Positions 30,258 through 41,472 of a stretch of DNA of 64,000 nt are shown here, one piece after another. Under the pieces are notes generated by a model. It made no database searches and was not told the DNA's origin. It saw nothing but the letters and a program-made list of their open reading frames with translations. Position numbers and translations under genes: made by a program. The DNA comes from Paracoccaceae bacterium (lineage in GTDB: Bacteria; Pseudomonadota; Alphaproteobacteria; Rhodobacterales; Rhodobacteraceae). The stretch covers positions 12,670 through 76,669 of the forward strand of contig JAZGFB010000007.1 in NCBI GenBank assembly GCA_036479015.1. Reading direction: 5' to 3'. The first letter of the stretch is position 1. The number at the start of each line of letters is the position of its first letter.

Positions 30258-30608
30258 CTATTTTTCGTCGTAAAACGGCGTCATCTGGACGACTATTACC
30301 GAATTTTCGGATAATGCACGCGCCATCAGTTCCTGTTCTTCATCGTTGATATCGTGCCCGTCAGCCAACCGTTCTTCCAGTGTTCCATATCCGGACACCT
30401 CCAATGGTGCCAAATCTGATTTCTTTAGAATTGCCACGGTTTCACGAACCGCCTCGGCTTCGTCGACACCGCTGCAATAGCACATTAATGCAGCGCCGGA
30501 TGCGTTTTTTGGTAGGCCGTCGCCTTCACTGCGACCGACCTCTACCAGAAGGGTATAGCAAAAACGCGCACGCTTTGGTTTGGCAGTTTTTTCAGGTAAA
30601 TCAGTCAC
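30258..30608 (-). CDS. Hypothetical small acidic protein
   Basis: This is the 3' part of track ORF 30258..30884. The region upstream of 30608 lies inside dapD in another frame. GTG 30608 gives a 116-aa product overlapping the dapD stop by 8 nt. No motif recognised. Confidence 0.4.
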   Translation of the reverse strand: MTDLPEKTAKPKRARFCYTLLVEVGRSEGDGLPKNASGAALMCYCSGVDEAEAVRETVAILKKSDLAPLEVSGYGTLEERLADGHDINDEEQELMARALSENSVIVVQMTPFYDEK

Positions 30609-31428
30609 GTAAAAGATCGTTAATTGCGGTTTTTGAGCGCGTGCGCGCATCAACCTGTTTAACAATGACTGCACAGTACAGATGCACACCATTTTTTGAG
30701 GGCAATGACCCGGCAACAACAACCGAATAGGGTGGCACTTCTCCATAGGAAATTGTGCCGGTTTCCCGATCAAATATTTTGGTTGATTGGCCGATGAACA
30801 CGCCCATTCCCAAGACGGCACCCTCACGCACGATGCAGCCTTCGACCACCTCGGAGCGGGCGCCAATGAAACAATTGTCCTCAATGATGGTTGGCCCAGC
30901 CTGCATTGGTTCTAAAACGCCGCCGATGCCGACGCCGCCAGACAGATGAACGTTCTTGCCGATTTGCGCGCATGAGCCGACAGTTGCCCAGGTGTCCACC
31001 ATGGTTCCTTCGTCAACATAGGCGCCAATATTAACAAATGACGGCATCAACACCACGCCAGGGGCGATATATGCCGATTTCCGAACAACGCAGTTAGGAA
31101 CCGCACGAAACCCAGCCGCCGCCCATTGGTTTGGCCCCCAGCCTTTGAATTTATTATCAACCTTGTCCCACCAGCCAGCGCCCTGGGCACCGCCTTCTTG
31201 TGGTTCCATGTCCTTAATGCGAAAGCCAAGCAGAACGGCCTTTTTGGCCCATTGATTTACGTGCCAGTTCCCGTCAGCTTGCTTTTCTGCCACGCGCAAT
31301 GAACCGCTGTCCAAGGCGTTCAATGTATCTTCAATTGCCTCACGAACTTCGCCGGTTGTCGTGGGGGATATTGTGTCTCGCTGGTTCCAGGCATTCTCAA
31401 TAGTTGATTCAAGTTGGGCAATGGACAT
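30601..31428 (-). CDS. dapD: 2,3,4,5-tetrahydropyridine-2,6-dicarboxylate N-succinyltransferase
   Basis: Contains a hexapeptide-repeat region and a DapD-type N-terminus ([18 protein letters not shown]). ATG 31428 is preceded by GGAG at a proper distance. Confidence 0.95.
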   Translation of the reverse strand: MSIAQLESTIENAWNQRDTISPTTTGEVREAIEDTLNALDSGSLRVAEKQADGNWHVNQWAKKAVLLGFRIKDMEPQEGGAQGAGWWDKVDNKFKGWGPNQWAAAGFRAVPNCVVRKSAYIAPGVVLMPSFVNIGAYVDEGTMVDTWATVGSCAQIGKNVHLSGGVGIGGVLEPMQAGPTIIEDNCFIGARSEVVEGCIVREGAVLGMGVFIGQSTKIFDRETGTISYGEVPPYSVVVAGSLPSKNGVHLYCAVIVKQVDARTRSKTAINDLLRD

Positions 31429-31511
31429 CAAGGTCTCCAAATTGTCATTTTTTCCGCGTCAAAGGCAGGCTATAGTCACAACCTAAGCTGCGCGCAATGA
31501 AGGAGCAGGCA

Positions 31512-32360
31512 ATGAACGATCATTCACGGGCACATCCCTTTCGTCGATCTAAGCAGGACAGGGACGCCAGTCATGAATTACCCGACACTGCGCAGACCCG
31601 GGCCCCGGCCTATAAACTGGCATTTGATGATGCCGAATTTATGTGCCGGGATGAACTAAGACCGGTTCGATTGCAGCTTGAATTGCTAAAGCCCGAAATG
31701 TTGATGGCGGAATATGGCATTGAATCTACAATAGTTCTGTTTGGCGGGGCCCGCATTCCCGAGCCTGCAAAAAAGTCGACGGCGCGCACCAAAACCCTGG
31801 CTGACCTGTCTAAGTATTATGCTGAAGCACGCGAATTTGCCCGCCTGATGACCGTTCGGGCGATGGCAAGCGAGCACCGGGAAGGTGTTATTGTGACAGG
31901 CGGCGGCCCTGGCGTTATGGAGGCGGGAAATCGCGGTGCTGTTGACGCAGGTGGCGTGTCAATTGGACTGAATATCGTATTGCCCCATGAACAGGCACCA
32001 AATGAATATGTCACACCGGACCTGTGTTTTAATTTCCATTACTTCGCCATTCGCAAAATGCATTTTTTGATGCGCGCCAAGGCTGTGGCCGCGTTCCCCG
32101 GCGGCTTTGGAACATTGGATGAGCTGTTTGAATGTCTGACATTGATCCAAACAGGGCGCATGGAGCGCATACCAATATTGCTGTTTGGTGAAAAGTTTTG
32201 GCGTGGGATTATTAATTGGGAAACACTGGCGGAAGCCGGAACAATTTCAGCAGACGATCTTTCACTTTTCCGATTTGTCGAAACGGCTAAGGATGCCGTT
32301 GATGCAATAGACAATTGGGAACATGCGGGCACCACGCGTGAAAAAATTCCTGGGCGTTAA
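31512..32360 (+). CDS. LOG-family (TIGR00730) Rossmann protein
   Basis: Contains GGGPGVMEAGNRGA and PGGFGTLDELFE. ATG 31512 is preceded by AAGGAG. Confidence 0.85.
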   Translation: MNDHSRAHPFRRSKQDRDASHELPDTAQTRAPAYKLAFDDAEFMCRDELRPVRLQLELLKPEMLMAEYGIESTIVLFGGARIPEPAKKSTARTKTLADLSKYYAEAREFARLMTVRAMASEHREGVIVTGGGPGVMEAGNRGAVDAGGVSIGLNIVLPHEQAPNEYVTPDLCFNFHYFAIRKMHFLMRAKAVAAFPGGFGTLDELFECLTLIQTGRMERIPILLFGEKFWRGIINWETLAEAGTISADDLSLFRFVETAKDAVDAIDNWEHAGTTREKIPGR

Positions 32361-34462
32361 AGTGAAAGGATTTCGTTGCGCATATCTTCGTATTTAGGGT
32401 TGGCCCGCAGTTCTTTTATTTTGGCCCGGTACCAATTTACTGAAGCGTCATGAAGGTCACTAAGTACCTTATCTTTGAGCAGCCGGTCTATTTCTGATCT
32501 GGTGGCGTCGATATGTCGATGTATGGTTTTGTCAGCCTCGCCGCCCTGGCACATTTTGACCCAGTAATCCAACTCCATGACCTGCTTGAAATGGTTGACC
32601 CTGCCGCGTTCTTTTTTGACCAGATATTCATCAACGGACCGGGTTGCATAATGGTTGAACTGGGCCACGTCATAGGAAAAGTCTGTCTGCCTTCTGGTCA
32701 TCTCTTTCGGATCTGTAATTCTGACACCGTTAGGAGATATCCATTGAAAATTTGCAAGGTTATCGTCAGACAGGATTGGGCCATGTGTGCCAAAGCGTTC
32801 GATATCTGCATGGGGTTTGAAAAGGGTTTTTACGAACCTCTTACGTAGCCCGCCAGATTTAAGATCACTTTGCGCATCGCTATAGGATTGAATGACCAAA
32901 TTACCATCAAACTCTACACGGTCATCATTGGAAAACAACCGCCAGGTTACAGGTATAGCATCCGAGTTCGGGACCGCTTTTAGCAGGTCTTGCAGGTGGC
33001 CATCACCGGCCTTGATGTTCAAGAATTCATCGATATCTGACACAAGTATCCAGCTTGCTTGCTGCGAAATTGGCTGGGCAATTGCGTCTTTTAAAGCCGA
33101 CTTTTGTGGGCCGCGTCGCAGCACTTTGTTGCGTCGGTGCTCAACGATCCCCAGATTTTGCAACCGGTCCAAAATGGCATCGGTCCCATCAGAGCAATCA
33201 TTGGTATAAACCAGAAATTTATCAAACCCGATGACCCGATGATAGGCTATCCATTCCAGAATGAACGGCCCTTCGTTCTTCATTGAGGTGATAATAAGCG
33301 CGCTCTGATCGGCGGATGGTTTCACAATAGCCGGTGATTTGGCGGTCGTTGTGCCAAACACACTGTCCATCGATTGCTGTAATTCTGGGTTCGCAACCAG
33401 AGTAATTTCACCAATATCGCTGCGATCATGCTTCCAACTGTTGCTGATCTGCCTGAAATGCCACATTTTGAAATTCGGATCTACCGGGTCATTACGGCGA
33501 TTAATGAAATGAGTCCGCCATTGCTGCCCATTCTGTGGCCCCTGCGGCACCACACACCATTTTCGGTTTGACTTGGGCTTGCCATCGGCGCTGATAAACC
33601 GATGATCCTTATGGCGCAGCTGGCCGCCGTCTGAATTTGGATCAGCATAAACCCATTCTGCATCGGCCCGAATATATCCGGTTTCAGACGCAACAGCCGC
33701 ATCATATATGGAAGTCCCGTCATTTGAATGGAACAACTCATCGATGTCAGCACTGACCACTGCCCGGGCCCGCCCCAGAAAACGCCGGCGGCAAAGTTCA
33801 GCCAGGGCCCGTTGAAGAAATAATGCGCCGTAACTGTCTTTATCAGCGGGGCCGAATGGATACCTTGCCTGTATAATGACTGCTGTTTCAATCCCAGGGA
33901 CTTGCGAAATTGCGTTAATAAGTTCTTGGCTGGAATATTTTGTTGAATTGTTTTCGCTGAGCACAAGGGCATTTGTTTTATGCTCTTTTACATAGTGTGT
34001 TAACCAATCTTGTAACCACTCAAGCCGGTTGTTCTGAGAAATCGTGAAAATTGCGTTTTTACCGGCAAATTGGGCAAGGTAGGATCGGCCAATTGCCAGA
34101 TTAGCACCAAATAATGGGTGGGATAATGTGACAACCCTTGGGTCTGTTTCCAGACAGGGAAGTGTAATCACGGCGCACCGTGACAGGCTTTCTATTTTTG
34201 TTGGCTGCACCAACAGCCCATCAATTTTAATCCGCAGGTCATCCAAAATGGAACGAAAGTTCAGCAATTTCGGACACAGCAACGTAACATTGTTCAATTC
34301 AGGATCATGAAAACAATCGTAAATAAATGTTTTGGAGTCATAGTCTGAATCGTAGTTTGCGTCCCGGTTTTTGGCATCATTATGTCGATCACGCTTGAAC
34401 ACGGGCTGGTCCCCGTCAAAAACGAGGCCCGACAATTCAAGTTCAGTTATGTCCAGAACCAT
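32357..34462 (-). CDS. Double-domain glycosyltransferase (two GT-A/GT2-like halves)
   Basis: 701 aa. The C-terminal half carries [35 protein letters not shown] and SDIDEFLN (DxD). The N-terminal half carries a second Rossmann-like block with ADIDELF. It is a paralogue of the 35434..37662 product. Confidence 0.7.
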   Translation of the reverse strand: MVLDITELELSGLVFDGDQPVFKRDRHNDAKNRDANYDSDYDSKTFIYDCFHDPELNNVTLLCPKLLNFRSILDDLRIKIDGLLVQPTKIESLSRCAVITLPCLETDPRVVTLSHPLFGANLAIGRSYLAQFAGKNAIFTISQNNRLEWLQDWLTHYVKEHKTNALVLSENNSTKYSSQELINAISQVPGIETAVIIQARYPFGPADKDSYGALFLQRALAELCRRRFLGRARAVVSADIDELFHSNDGTSIYDAAVASETGYIRADAEWVYADPNSDGGQLRHKDHRFISADGKPKSNRKWCVVPQGPQNGQQWRTHFINRRNDPVDPNFKMWHFRQISNSWKHDRSDIGEITLVANPELQQSMDSVFGTTTAKSPAIVKPSADQSALIITSMKNEGPFILEWIAYHRVIGFDKFLVYTNDCSDGTDAILDRLQNLGIVEHRRNKVLRRGPQKSALKDAIAQPISQQASWILVSDIDEFLNIKAGDGHLQDLLKAVPNSDAIPVTWRLFSNDDRVEFDGNLVIQSYSDAQSDLKSGGLRKRFVKTLFKPHADIERFGTHGPILSDDNLANFQWISPNGVRITDPKEMTRRQTDFSYDVAQFNHYATRSVDEYLVKKERGRVNHFKQVMELDYWVKMCQGGEADKTIHRHIDATRSEIDRLLKDKVLSDLHDASVNWYRAKIKELRANPKYEDMRNEILSL

Positions 34463-34524
34463 TTTAGTGCTGCCCCTGTTCCCAGCTTATTTTTTGCCGG
34501 CTTGTACGCGACTGGCCGATTTTT

Positions 34525-35427
34525 CTAACGCCGGACATGTGCAGGTAAATATTCAACATATTCCGCCGCAAGACTATCAGAAATTTTCTTACGTAACGCC
34601 AGTAAATCAATGCATCGTATAGTCAGATCATAGCTGGCAAAAACCGCGTCAGAAAGCATTGCCAGATGTCCAAGCTGGGCATCGCTGATTTTATCAGGGT
34701 CCCTTAAGTCTTTTACAAAAACGGCGTCACCATCGATGGCCTGGGTTTGCAGCGCCCTGGGGCGCAACCTGGCGGCCTGGGAATTGCTGATCATCTTACT
34801 TTTTACAAACAGCAGCTTATGAAACATAAGCCCAAAAGCCGCCAGCCTATTAATCTGGGCGTCCTGTAGCTTTTCATCATAGTAAAGCGGGAAAAACCGC
34901 AATTCTGTCACGACTGCCACCGCATCTTTCAGTTTCGATTTACCACTGTCAAATATCATCGACTCAGCGCCCTGAACGTCGATCTTCAACAAATCGATGT
35001 TCGTTATTCCGTCAATTTTGTCTAACCGTCTGGTGGTTAATGGAACTTGTTCACGTAAAGTTGCTGCCCGTTTGGAACGGCCAAGAAATTCGATGCTTTC
35101 CATGTCCAGTTCAAATACCGATGAAAGGCCACTTTGCTGGTAAATATTAAGCGTCTGCTTTTTACCATTTCCGACCGCACAGTCGTAATATGTCTCTAGG
35201 TCAGACTTGGTCTGTTGCAGCTTTTCAAACGCCTCTGGTTGGGGTTCAAACCCATGCACCCTACAAAGTTTTGCATCCAAAAGCGGCTTATATGGTGGAT
35301 CGTCAAGCGGGTTGGCACCAATGTCTACCACATCTGTTAGACGGTCCAACCCCAGGCCCTCGGCCAAAAATTTCCACCGCTCTTCATTTTCGTTCACAGT
35401 TTGAGCCCACCCATCTGTAGCTTTCAA
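34525..35427 (-). CDS. FkbM-family SAM-dependent methyltransferase
   Basis: Contains VVDIGANPLDD, HGFEPQPEAFEKL and IDLLKIDVQGAE, which is the FkbM/Methyltransf_21 pattern. 300 aa. Confidence 0.7.
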   Translation of the reverse strand: MKATDGWAQTVNENEERWKFLAEGLGLDRLTDVVDIGANPLDDPPYKPLLDAKLCRVHGFEPQPEAFEKLQQTKSDLETYYDCAVGNGKKQTLNIYQQSGLSSVFELDMESIEFLGRSKRAATLREQVPLTTRRLDKIDGITNIDLLKIDVQGAESMIFDSGKSKLKDAVAVVTELRFFPLYYDEKLQDAQINRLAAFGLMFHKLLFVKSKMISNSQAARLRPRALQTQAIDGDAVFVKDLRDPDKISDAQLGHLAMLSDAVFASYDLTIRCIDLLALRKKISDSLAAEYVEYLPAHVRR

Positions 35428-35433
35428 ATTTTT

Positions 35434-37662
35434 TTAATGCGTTGTTTTCTGTTTATCAACGTTAAAGAAGAACCCAGCAGGGTGCGTTTCAGACACGACG
35501 TTGTCTGGCACCACATCCGGCCCCGCCAAAAAGACATTCGCGCCAAAATACGCATGCATTCTGGACATACGCTGCATTCGTTCGCTGGTGAGGACGTCGT
35601 AAAACTGCGCGTAGTTTTCGGTTGCCCGTAGCGATGTGATTTTTTCGCGATGTGCTGCAACGCAATTGCGATGCGCTGCCGCGATTTTAGGGTTCGATTT
35701 CAGATGTTCCAGTTCAAGCTTAAGTTTGGGCAGCATCCGTTGGATCGATGTCTCGCGTTCTGTGTTGTTGTTCATGCGAAACCAATAGGACAGGCCCTGG
35801 TCCCGGCCCACATGGTTAACGCGGCCCCGGTCACGTTTGACCAAAAAGCTTTCAGCAGATCGTACCGCGTAATGGTTTAGCGACACTGCGTCATAGCCAT
35901 AGGTCGACTTTGTCGAACGCCAGGCATTGCGATACATCTTGGGCGGCAGCGGAACACCGGAACCGTTTACCCATGTGATCTTATCCCAATGCTGGGCCCG
36001 CAAACCTTTGGGCCTGTGAACACCCAGTTTTTTGAAAATTCCAATGTTTCGAAACAGAGTCTTAAACCCCCAAGCCTGATGGGGTTTTCGCGTCATTTCA
36101 GCAGCACAGTTATCAAAAATCTTTATGATCGGCTCGTCAGAGTAATGGTGAACATCTGAATTTCCGAACAGGCGCCAAGTGCAGGAAATAAGGTTGGCAT
36201 CGCCCATATGGGAATATAGATCAGTCAGCATACCAGTGCCGACTTTGACGTTGATAAATTCATCCACATCCATGCAGATTACCCAGTCAGATGTGCGGAT
36301 CATATCTTCGGTATTTGCCGCCTGTAGCGCCCAATGTTGCGGCTTTAGATCAGTATCTTTGAATTCATTGTCGCGGTGCTGAACGATACCGGCCGTTTGC
36401 AGTTCTTTGAGCAACGTATCAGTCCCGTCGCTGCAATCATTTGTGTAGACCAGAAAATCATTAATTCCGATAGCCCTATGGTAGGCGATCCATTCTAAAA
36501 TGAAGGGCCCTTCGTTCTTCATAGTCGTGACAATAGCTGTCCGGTTTTTTGTACTGTCTACCTTGGGGAATTTCAGCTTGGGCATCCGTATGGGTTTGTG
36601 GCCGAACTGCTGCTTTGATAGTTTTAGCAGTTCCGGATCTTCAACCAGGCTTGATTTTGGAACGAATTTATTGATCTCAGTTGTATTGTGCTTAATTGCC
36701 ATGAACCGCTGAAATGGGATGTTGGTATTTGCTGCCCGCATGGTTTCGGTAATGCGCACCAGACGCCAGGTGGCTGTTGCGCCCGTGTTGCCGGGGGCCA
36801 TGCACCATCGGCGCACAACATTTTCGCTGTCAAACTGAACACAGATATGGTCTGCGAAACATGGCGGATCACCCTTTCGAACCCGCCACGGATAGCAATG
36901 GTGCCCTATCAGCTGAACAACACCGCTGTCGCTGGCAATTGCCATGTCAAAAATGCTGTTATCAAGGGGCGGTATCAGGTCTGAAATGTCGATATTCATC
37001 ACCGCACGGGCGCTGCCCAAATACAGTTCATTCATTAGCTGATAGATGCTCAGCTCACCCAGTTGCGAGCGCCATGGATCAGGTGCCGGAATTTTCATTC
37101 TGTCCTTACCGGGGGAGTCCGGGGCGCTATGGGGGTGTTCTTCTGACTGTAGATTAGGGTGGCCAATGGGGAAATCTGGGGTCGAAATGACCAGTTGTTT
37201 TAGGCCCAGCGATTTTGCAGCCAAGGCCAGTTCTTGGGCAAACCCATCTTGCCCACATCGGTTGATAATAAGTGCGCCATCCATGCCATGGTGTTTTTGG
37301 TGAAATTCCAGCCAGTCCCTAGCAACGGAAACTGTTTCAAAGTTTCGGAGTGCGACGCCAACATTAAGACCGGCAAAAAGCCCGTGCTTAGAATAAATCA
37401 CAGCCACTGTTTCAGTGGTGCCATCAACCGATATTTCTGCCTCTCCGCCGGGTTGGGCCGCCAGTGTCAGCACCGCTGCGCCGCCTATTGATCTGCGATC
37501 GATTTCGGTAATTGACGGCCCCGGTTGCACCCCGTTGATATCAGCATTGGACGATATGAAAACCGACACTGGGCCATCTGCGTCACGGGCAACCGCAGCC
37601 ATGCAGACAGCCGTGCCAATTGTTGTTCCTGTTAGCTTTTGGATACTAACGTCGGCGTGCAT
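35434..37662 (-). CDS. Double-domain glycosyltransferase (two GT-A/GT2-like halves)
   Basis: 742 aa. The C-terminal half carries [35 protein letters not shown] and MDVDEFIN. The N-terminal half carries NIDISDL. The first 17 nt overlap the rlmN 3' end, so the true start may be the next ATG (residue 21). Confidence 0.7.
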   Translation of the reverse strand: MHADVSIQKLTGTTIGTAVCMAAVARDADGPVSVFISSNADINGVQPGPSITEIDRRSIGGAAVLTLAAQPGGEAEISVDGTTETVAVIYSKHGLFAGLNVGVALRNFETVSVARDWLEFHQKHHGMDGALIINRCGQDGFAQELALAAKSLGLKQLVISTPDFPIGHPNLQSEEHPHSAPDSPGKDRMKIPAPDPWRSQLGELSIYQLMNELYLGSARAVMNIDISDLIPPLDNSIFDMAIASDSGVVQLIGHHCYPWRVRKGDPPCFADHICVQFDSENVVRRWCMAPGNTGATATWRLVRITETMRAANTNIPFQRFMAIKHNTTEINKFVPKSSLVEDPELLKLSKQQFGHKPIRMPKLKFPKVDSTKNRTAIVTTMKNEGPFILEWIAYHRAIGINDFLVYTNDCSDGTDTLLKELQTAGIVQHRDNEFKDTDLKPQHWALQAANTEDMIRTSDWVICMDVDEFINVKVGTGMLTDLYSHMGDANLISCTWRLFGNSDVHHYSDEPIIKIFDNCAAEMTRKPHQAWGFKTLFRNIGIFKKLGVHRPKGLRAQHWDKITWVNGSGVPLPPKMYRNAWRSTKSTYGYDAVSLNHYAVRSAESFLVKRDRGRVNHVGRDQGLSYWFRMNNNTERETSIQRMLPKLKLELEHLKSNPKIAAAHRNCVAAHREKITSLRATENYAQFYDVLTSERMQRMSRMHAYFGANVFLAGPDVVPDNVVSETHPAGFFFNVDKQKTTH

Positions 37663-38800
37663 TTCTTGCCCGCTCGGATTCTGATTTTAGCTGACCACAG
37701 GCAGCCATGATGTCTTCACCCCTTGGCTTGCGAATTGGGGCTGAATAGCCAGCGTGATAGACTATGTCTGAAAAGCTTTTGATCTGTTTCTGGTCAGATC
37801 TTTCATAGGGTGCACCCGGCCATTCATTGAACGGAATAAGGTTGATCTTGGCGGGTATGCCCTTGATCAGCTGCACCAATCGGCGTGCGTCTTCGTCGCT
37901 GTCATTCACATCTTTCAGCATGACATATTCAAACGTGATCCGCTCAGAGTTTGACAGCTTTGGATAGGCGCGCAGGGTGTCCAGCAACGTCGCAATGTTC
38001 CATTTTTTGTTAATTGGAACCAGCTTATCGCGCACTTCGTCGGTGGTGGCGTGAAACGATACTGCCAGCAAACAGCCAATTTCCTCGGCGGTTTTGGCAA
38101 TTTCCGGAACCACACCAGAGGTTGATAAGGTAATTCTGCGCCTTGAAAGTGATATACCCTCACCATCCATGGCAATTTTCATCGCGTCGCGCACGGCGTT
38201 AAAGTTATAAAGCGGCTCACCCATACCCATCAGCACGATATTGGACAGCAACCGTGCCTCTGGCATCGGCGCCCTGCCAGGTTCTGGCCATTCGCCCAGA
38301 TCATCACGCGCAACCAATACCTGACCAACAATTTCACCAGCCGTCAAATTGCGCACCAGTTTCTGGGTTCCGGTATGGCAAAACGTGCAGTTGAGTGTGC
38401 AGCCAACCTGGGAAGAGATACACAGCGTTCCGCGGGTTTCTTCGGGGATATAGACCATTTCCACTTCATGGCCGCCCTCAATGCGCAGCACATATTTGCG
38501 GGTTCCGTCTTTAGACACCTGGCGTAGCACCACCTCGGGCACCGTGATTTTAAACTGACTTGCCAAAGAAACGCGGGTCTCTAACGAAATATTCGTCATT
38601 TGGTCGAATTCGCGGACACCTTTATTGTAGATCCATTGCCAAATCTGACCGACACGCATTTTTAATTGTCGCTCAGGAATGCCCGCCGCAAGCAAAGCTG
38701 CACCCAACGCATCGCGCGTCAGACCAACAATGTTGGTCAGCCCAACGGCGGGAAGTCGTGGAATGGTTTTAGTCTCTGGGACTAGGGGGGTATCGTCCAT
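37646..38800 (-). CDS. rlmN: 23S rRNA/tRNA (adenine-C2)-methyltransferase, radical SAM
   Basis: Contains the CxxxCxxC cluster ([12 protein letters not shown]), MGMGEPLYN and the C-terminal catalytic Cys region (IMAACGQL). Confidence 0.95.
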   Translation of the reverse strand: MDDTPLVPETKTIPRLPAVGLTNIVGLTRDALGAALLAAGIPERQLKMRVGQIWQWIYNKGVREFDQMTNISLETRVSLASQFKITVPEVVLRQVSKDGTRKYVLRIEGGHEVEMVYIPEETRGTLCISSQVGCTLNCTFCHTGTQKLVRNLTAGEIVGQVLVARDDLGEWPEPGRAPMPEARLLSNIVLMGMGEPLYNFNAVRDAMKIAMDGEGISLSRRRITLSTSGVVPEIAKTAEEIGCLLAVSFHATTDEVRDKLVPINKKWNIATLLDTLRAYPKLSNSERITFEYVMLKDVNDSDEDARRLVQLIKGIPAKINLIPFNEWPGAPYERSDQKQIKSFSDIVYHAGYSAPIRKPRGEDIMAACGQLKSESERARNARRR

Positions 38801-38887
38801 TATGCTGGCCTGAATTATTGCAAGTTACTCTATTAGCCCGAAACTGGCCGGAACCGCAAATCAGCGCATTGCTGGTTGTTGTATGCC

Positions 38888-39430
38888 CTAGCCACTACAT
38901 CTGTTTTCAGCTTCGCTTAGTGCGGCGGTGAACCCCAATAGTGAAAACGTGTCTTTGGTTGTGGTGCCTTTTGCGGACTTTGCGGTTAATACCGCCTCTG
39001 CGCCACGTTTCATGGCAGTGACGATTTTGGTGTCATCTGCTTCGCTGGGGGCCCAGGCCATTTCTTTGTTTGTTGCGGCATCAGTGAACAGCTGAAATGT
39101 CTGGCCGCCAATTTCCAGGGCCACCTGGGAACCGGGTGCAAATGGATAACCGCCGGTGAAAGAAATTTGCCCCTTGGCCGCTTCGCCGGGAATGTAGGAA
39201 ACAAACAACAAAATGTCGCTGCGCCGAACGGCCACGACACGGCCATCCTTAGTGTTCACGGTTTCGCTTGGGCTGGACACGGCCCAGCAGGATGTTGGGT
39301 CGGATTCTACGAACACGCTCCAATCGGTTTTGGCCGCAACGCGGTTTGTGCTTTCGTCCTGGCCAAATGCCGCTGTGCCAAATGTAGCCAGCGATGCCAC
39401 CGCCACGAAGTTTACTAGGTATTTTTTCAT
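38888..39430 (-). CDS. Invasion-associated locus B (IalB) family periplasmic protein
   Basis: 180 aa with a signal peptide (VAVASLATFGTAAFGQ), KTDWSVFVESDPTSCWAVS and a C-terminal Cys. This matches the IalB-like layout. Confidence 0.65.
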   Translation of the reverse strand: MKKYLVNFVAVASLATFGTAAFGQDESTNRVAAKTDWSVFVESDPTSCWAVSSPSETVNTKDGRVVAVRRSDILLFVSYIPGEAAKGQISFTGGYPFAPGSQVALEIGGQTFQLFTDAATNKEMAWAPSEADDTKIVTAMKRGAEAVLTAKSAKGTTTKDTFSLLGFTAALSEAENRCSG

Positions 39431-39601
39431 TTTTTACAGTCTCCTGCTGCCTTGCCTCTTTGCCTGCCACCCGGTTCACTTTCGGAGCCTTTTGGTGCGC
39501 TTGGCTGTTCCCAACTCAATGGGCCCAGTTTAGCGTAAGTTGTGCCGGGTTTAAAAGGCCCATAGGCAAGAAATTGCACAATCATATGAAGGAACATTGG
39601 T

Positions 39602-40600
39602 ATGGCGGGCCCTATTGCAATGGCGGAAGTTTGGCGCGGCGACATATTGGAGTGCGCCCATTGGGGCCACGCTGTGGTGTGCGACACCATGGGCAACGTT
39701 GTGCAGGCATGGGGGCAACCGGATGCGGTGATCCTGCCGCGGTCATCGTGTAAGATGATACAGGCGCTGCCACTGATCGAAACCGGAGCGGCGGATGCAT
39801 TTGGATTGAGCCGGGTTCAACTGGCCCTATCCTGTGCGTCACATCAGGCGGCGGACATCCACACGGACCCTGTGAAAAGCTGGTTGTCGGAATTGGGATT
39901 AAACGATGATGACTTTCGCTGCGGACCGCAAATGCCCAATGACCGGGAAGCTAAAGTGGGTCTAATAAAGGCAGATACAACGCCGTGCCGGTATCACAAC
40001 AACTGTTCCGGCAAACATTCAGGGTTTTTGACGGTCACCAAACACCTGAAAGCCGGGCCCGACTATGTGGATATGAGCCACCCGCTGCAACTGGCCATCC
40101 GAGAGGCCTTTGAAGATGTCACCGGGCAGGACAGCCCCGGCTTTGGTATTGACGGGTGTTCCGCCCCAAATTTCGCAACGTCTGTGCATGGCCTGGCCCG
40201 TGCCATGGGTTTCTTTGCCGGGGCGCGGAACGACGGCCCCGTTCGAAACCGGGCGGCAGCGCGGCTGGTTCAGGCTATGGTTGCACACCCGGAATTGGTT
40301 GCCGGGGAAGGCCGGGCCTGTACAGATTTAATGCGGGCGATGGGTGGTCGGGTGGCTGTAAAGGGCGGTGCAGAAGGCTGCTATGTTGCGATTCTGCCGG
40401 ATCAGGGGCTGGGTGTGGCGCTTAAAATCAAAGACGGGGCGTCGCGTGGGTCTGAATGCGCCATTGCGGCGATTCTTGTGAGCCTGGGTGCACTGGACCC
40501 CAATCATCCTGCCGCGGAACGCTGGATGACAGTAAAACAGCGCAATTTCGCTGGATTAGAGACTGGTATCATACGGCCGGCGGCGGGTTTTCCATCCTAG
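39602..40600 (+). CDS. Asparaginase (Rhizobium-type asparaginase II family)
   Basis: 332 aa with PRSSCKMIQALPLIETGAA and NCSGKHSGFL, characteristic of the asparaginase_II family as I remember it. Confidence 0.75.
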   Translation: MAGPIAMAEVWRGDILECAHWGHAVVCDTMGNVVQAWGQPDAVILPRSSCKMIQALPLIETGAADAFGLSRVQLALSCASHQAADIHTDPVKSWLSELGLNDDDFRCGPQMPNDREAKVGLIKADTTPCRYHNNCSGKHSGFLTVTKHLKAGPDYVDMSHPLQLAIREAFEDVTGQDSPGFGIDGCSAPNFATSVHGLARAMGFFAGARNDGPVRNRAAARLVQAMVAHPELVAGEGRACTDLMRAMGGRVAVKGGAEGCYVAILPDQGLGVALKIKDGASRGSECAIAAILVSLGALDPNHPAAERWMTVKQRNFAGLETGIIRPAAGFPS

Positions 40601-41472
40601 TAAACGAAATCATCCCGGCTGTAGCCCTGTAAAAACAGCAACGCCGTCAGGTCACCATGGTTGATGCGGATATCACATTGTGCCGCCACCGATGGCTTGG
40701 CGTGCAGCGCCACCCCAGCCCCGGCCAGTTGCAACATCCCCAAATCATTGGCCCCGTCGCCAACGGCCATGACCTGATCCGCGGTGATGCCAAGGCGTGC
40801 TGTGATGTCATTTAAGGCTGTGACCTTGGCTTGGCGACCCAATATCGGGTCACCGACCTGCCCAGTAAGCAAGCCATTAGCCACGAGCAACGTGTTCGCG
40901 CGGTGCTCATCAAAGCCCAAAAGCGAGGCTATATGGTTGGTGAAAGCGGTAAAGCCGCCCGACACCAGGGCCGCATATCCACCCTGGGATTTTACCGTTG
41001 CCAGCAGGGGTTTGGCGCCCGGCATCAGGGTGATACGGTCCCTAATAACAGTGTCTATTATTGATGTTTCCATGCCCTTTAGCATGCCAACCCGTTCGCG
41101 TAGTGCGGCGTCAAAATCCAGCTTACCATCCATGGCGCGGGCGGTTATGTCAGCGACCTGCGCGCCATAGCCTGCCTCATCCGCCAGTTCGTCAATGCAT
41201 TCCTGCTGAATCATGGTCGAATCCATATCAGCAAGCAGCACCCGTTTGCGGCGATCGCTTTTTGGCAGGGCGACCAGATCAACCCCCAATGACTGCAATG
41301 TCGCCCAACTGTCCCAAAATGTATCCGGAATATTGGCAACCTGAAATTCTGCGGCCTCATTCTCAGAAAGCCAACGAAGATCACAGCCCCCCCAAGCATT
41401 GCAGAGATTCCCCACCAAAACAGGGTCTAACGTCGGCTTTTCCGGGTCTACAAGCAGGGTTATGGCAATCAT
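40597..41472 (-). CDS. serB: Phosphoserine phosphatase
   Basis: HAD motifs are present (LADMDSTMIQQECIDELA, GDGANDLGM). ATG 41472 (MIAITLLVDPEKP) gives the usual ~291 aa. ATG 41508 is an alternative start. Confidence 0.9.
   Translation of the reverse strand: MIAITLLVDPEKPTLDPVLVGNLCNAWGGCDLRWLSENEAAEFQVANIPDTFWDSWATLQSLGVDLVALPKSDRRKRVLLADMDSTMIQQECIDELADEAGYGAQVADITARAMDGKLDFDAALRERVGMLKGMETSIIDTVIRDRITLMPGAKPLLATVKSQGGYAALVSGGFTAFTNHIASLLGFDEHRANTLLVANGLLTGQVGDPILGRQAKVTALNDITARLGITADQVMAVGDGANDLGMLQLAGAGVALHAKPSVAAQCDIRINHGDLTALLFLQGYSRDDFVY

Noticed and set aside
32357-37662. Calling the AT-richer segments (this cluster, 53342..53947, and 61472..64000) mobile elements or genomic islands.
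   Set aside because: There is no integrase, transposase, tRNA target or flanking direct repeat at their borders. I can state only a compositional deviation.
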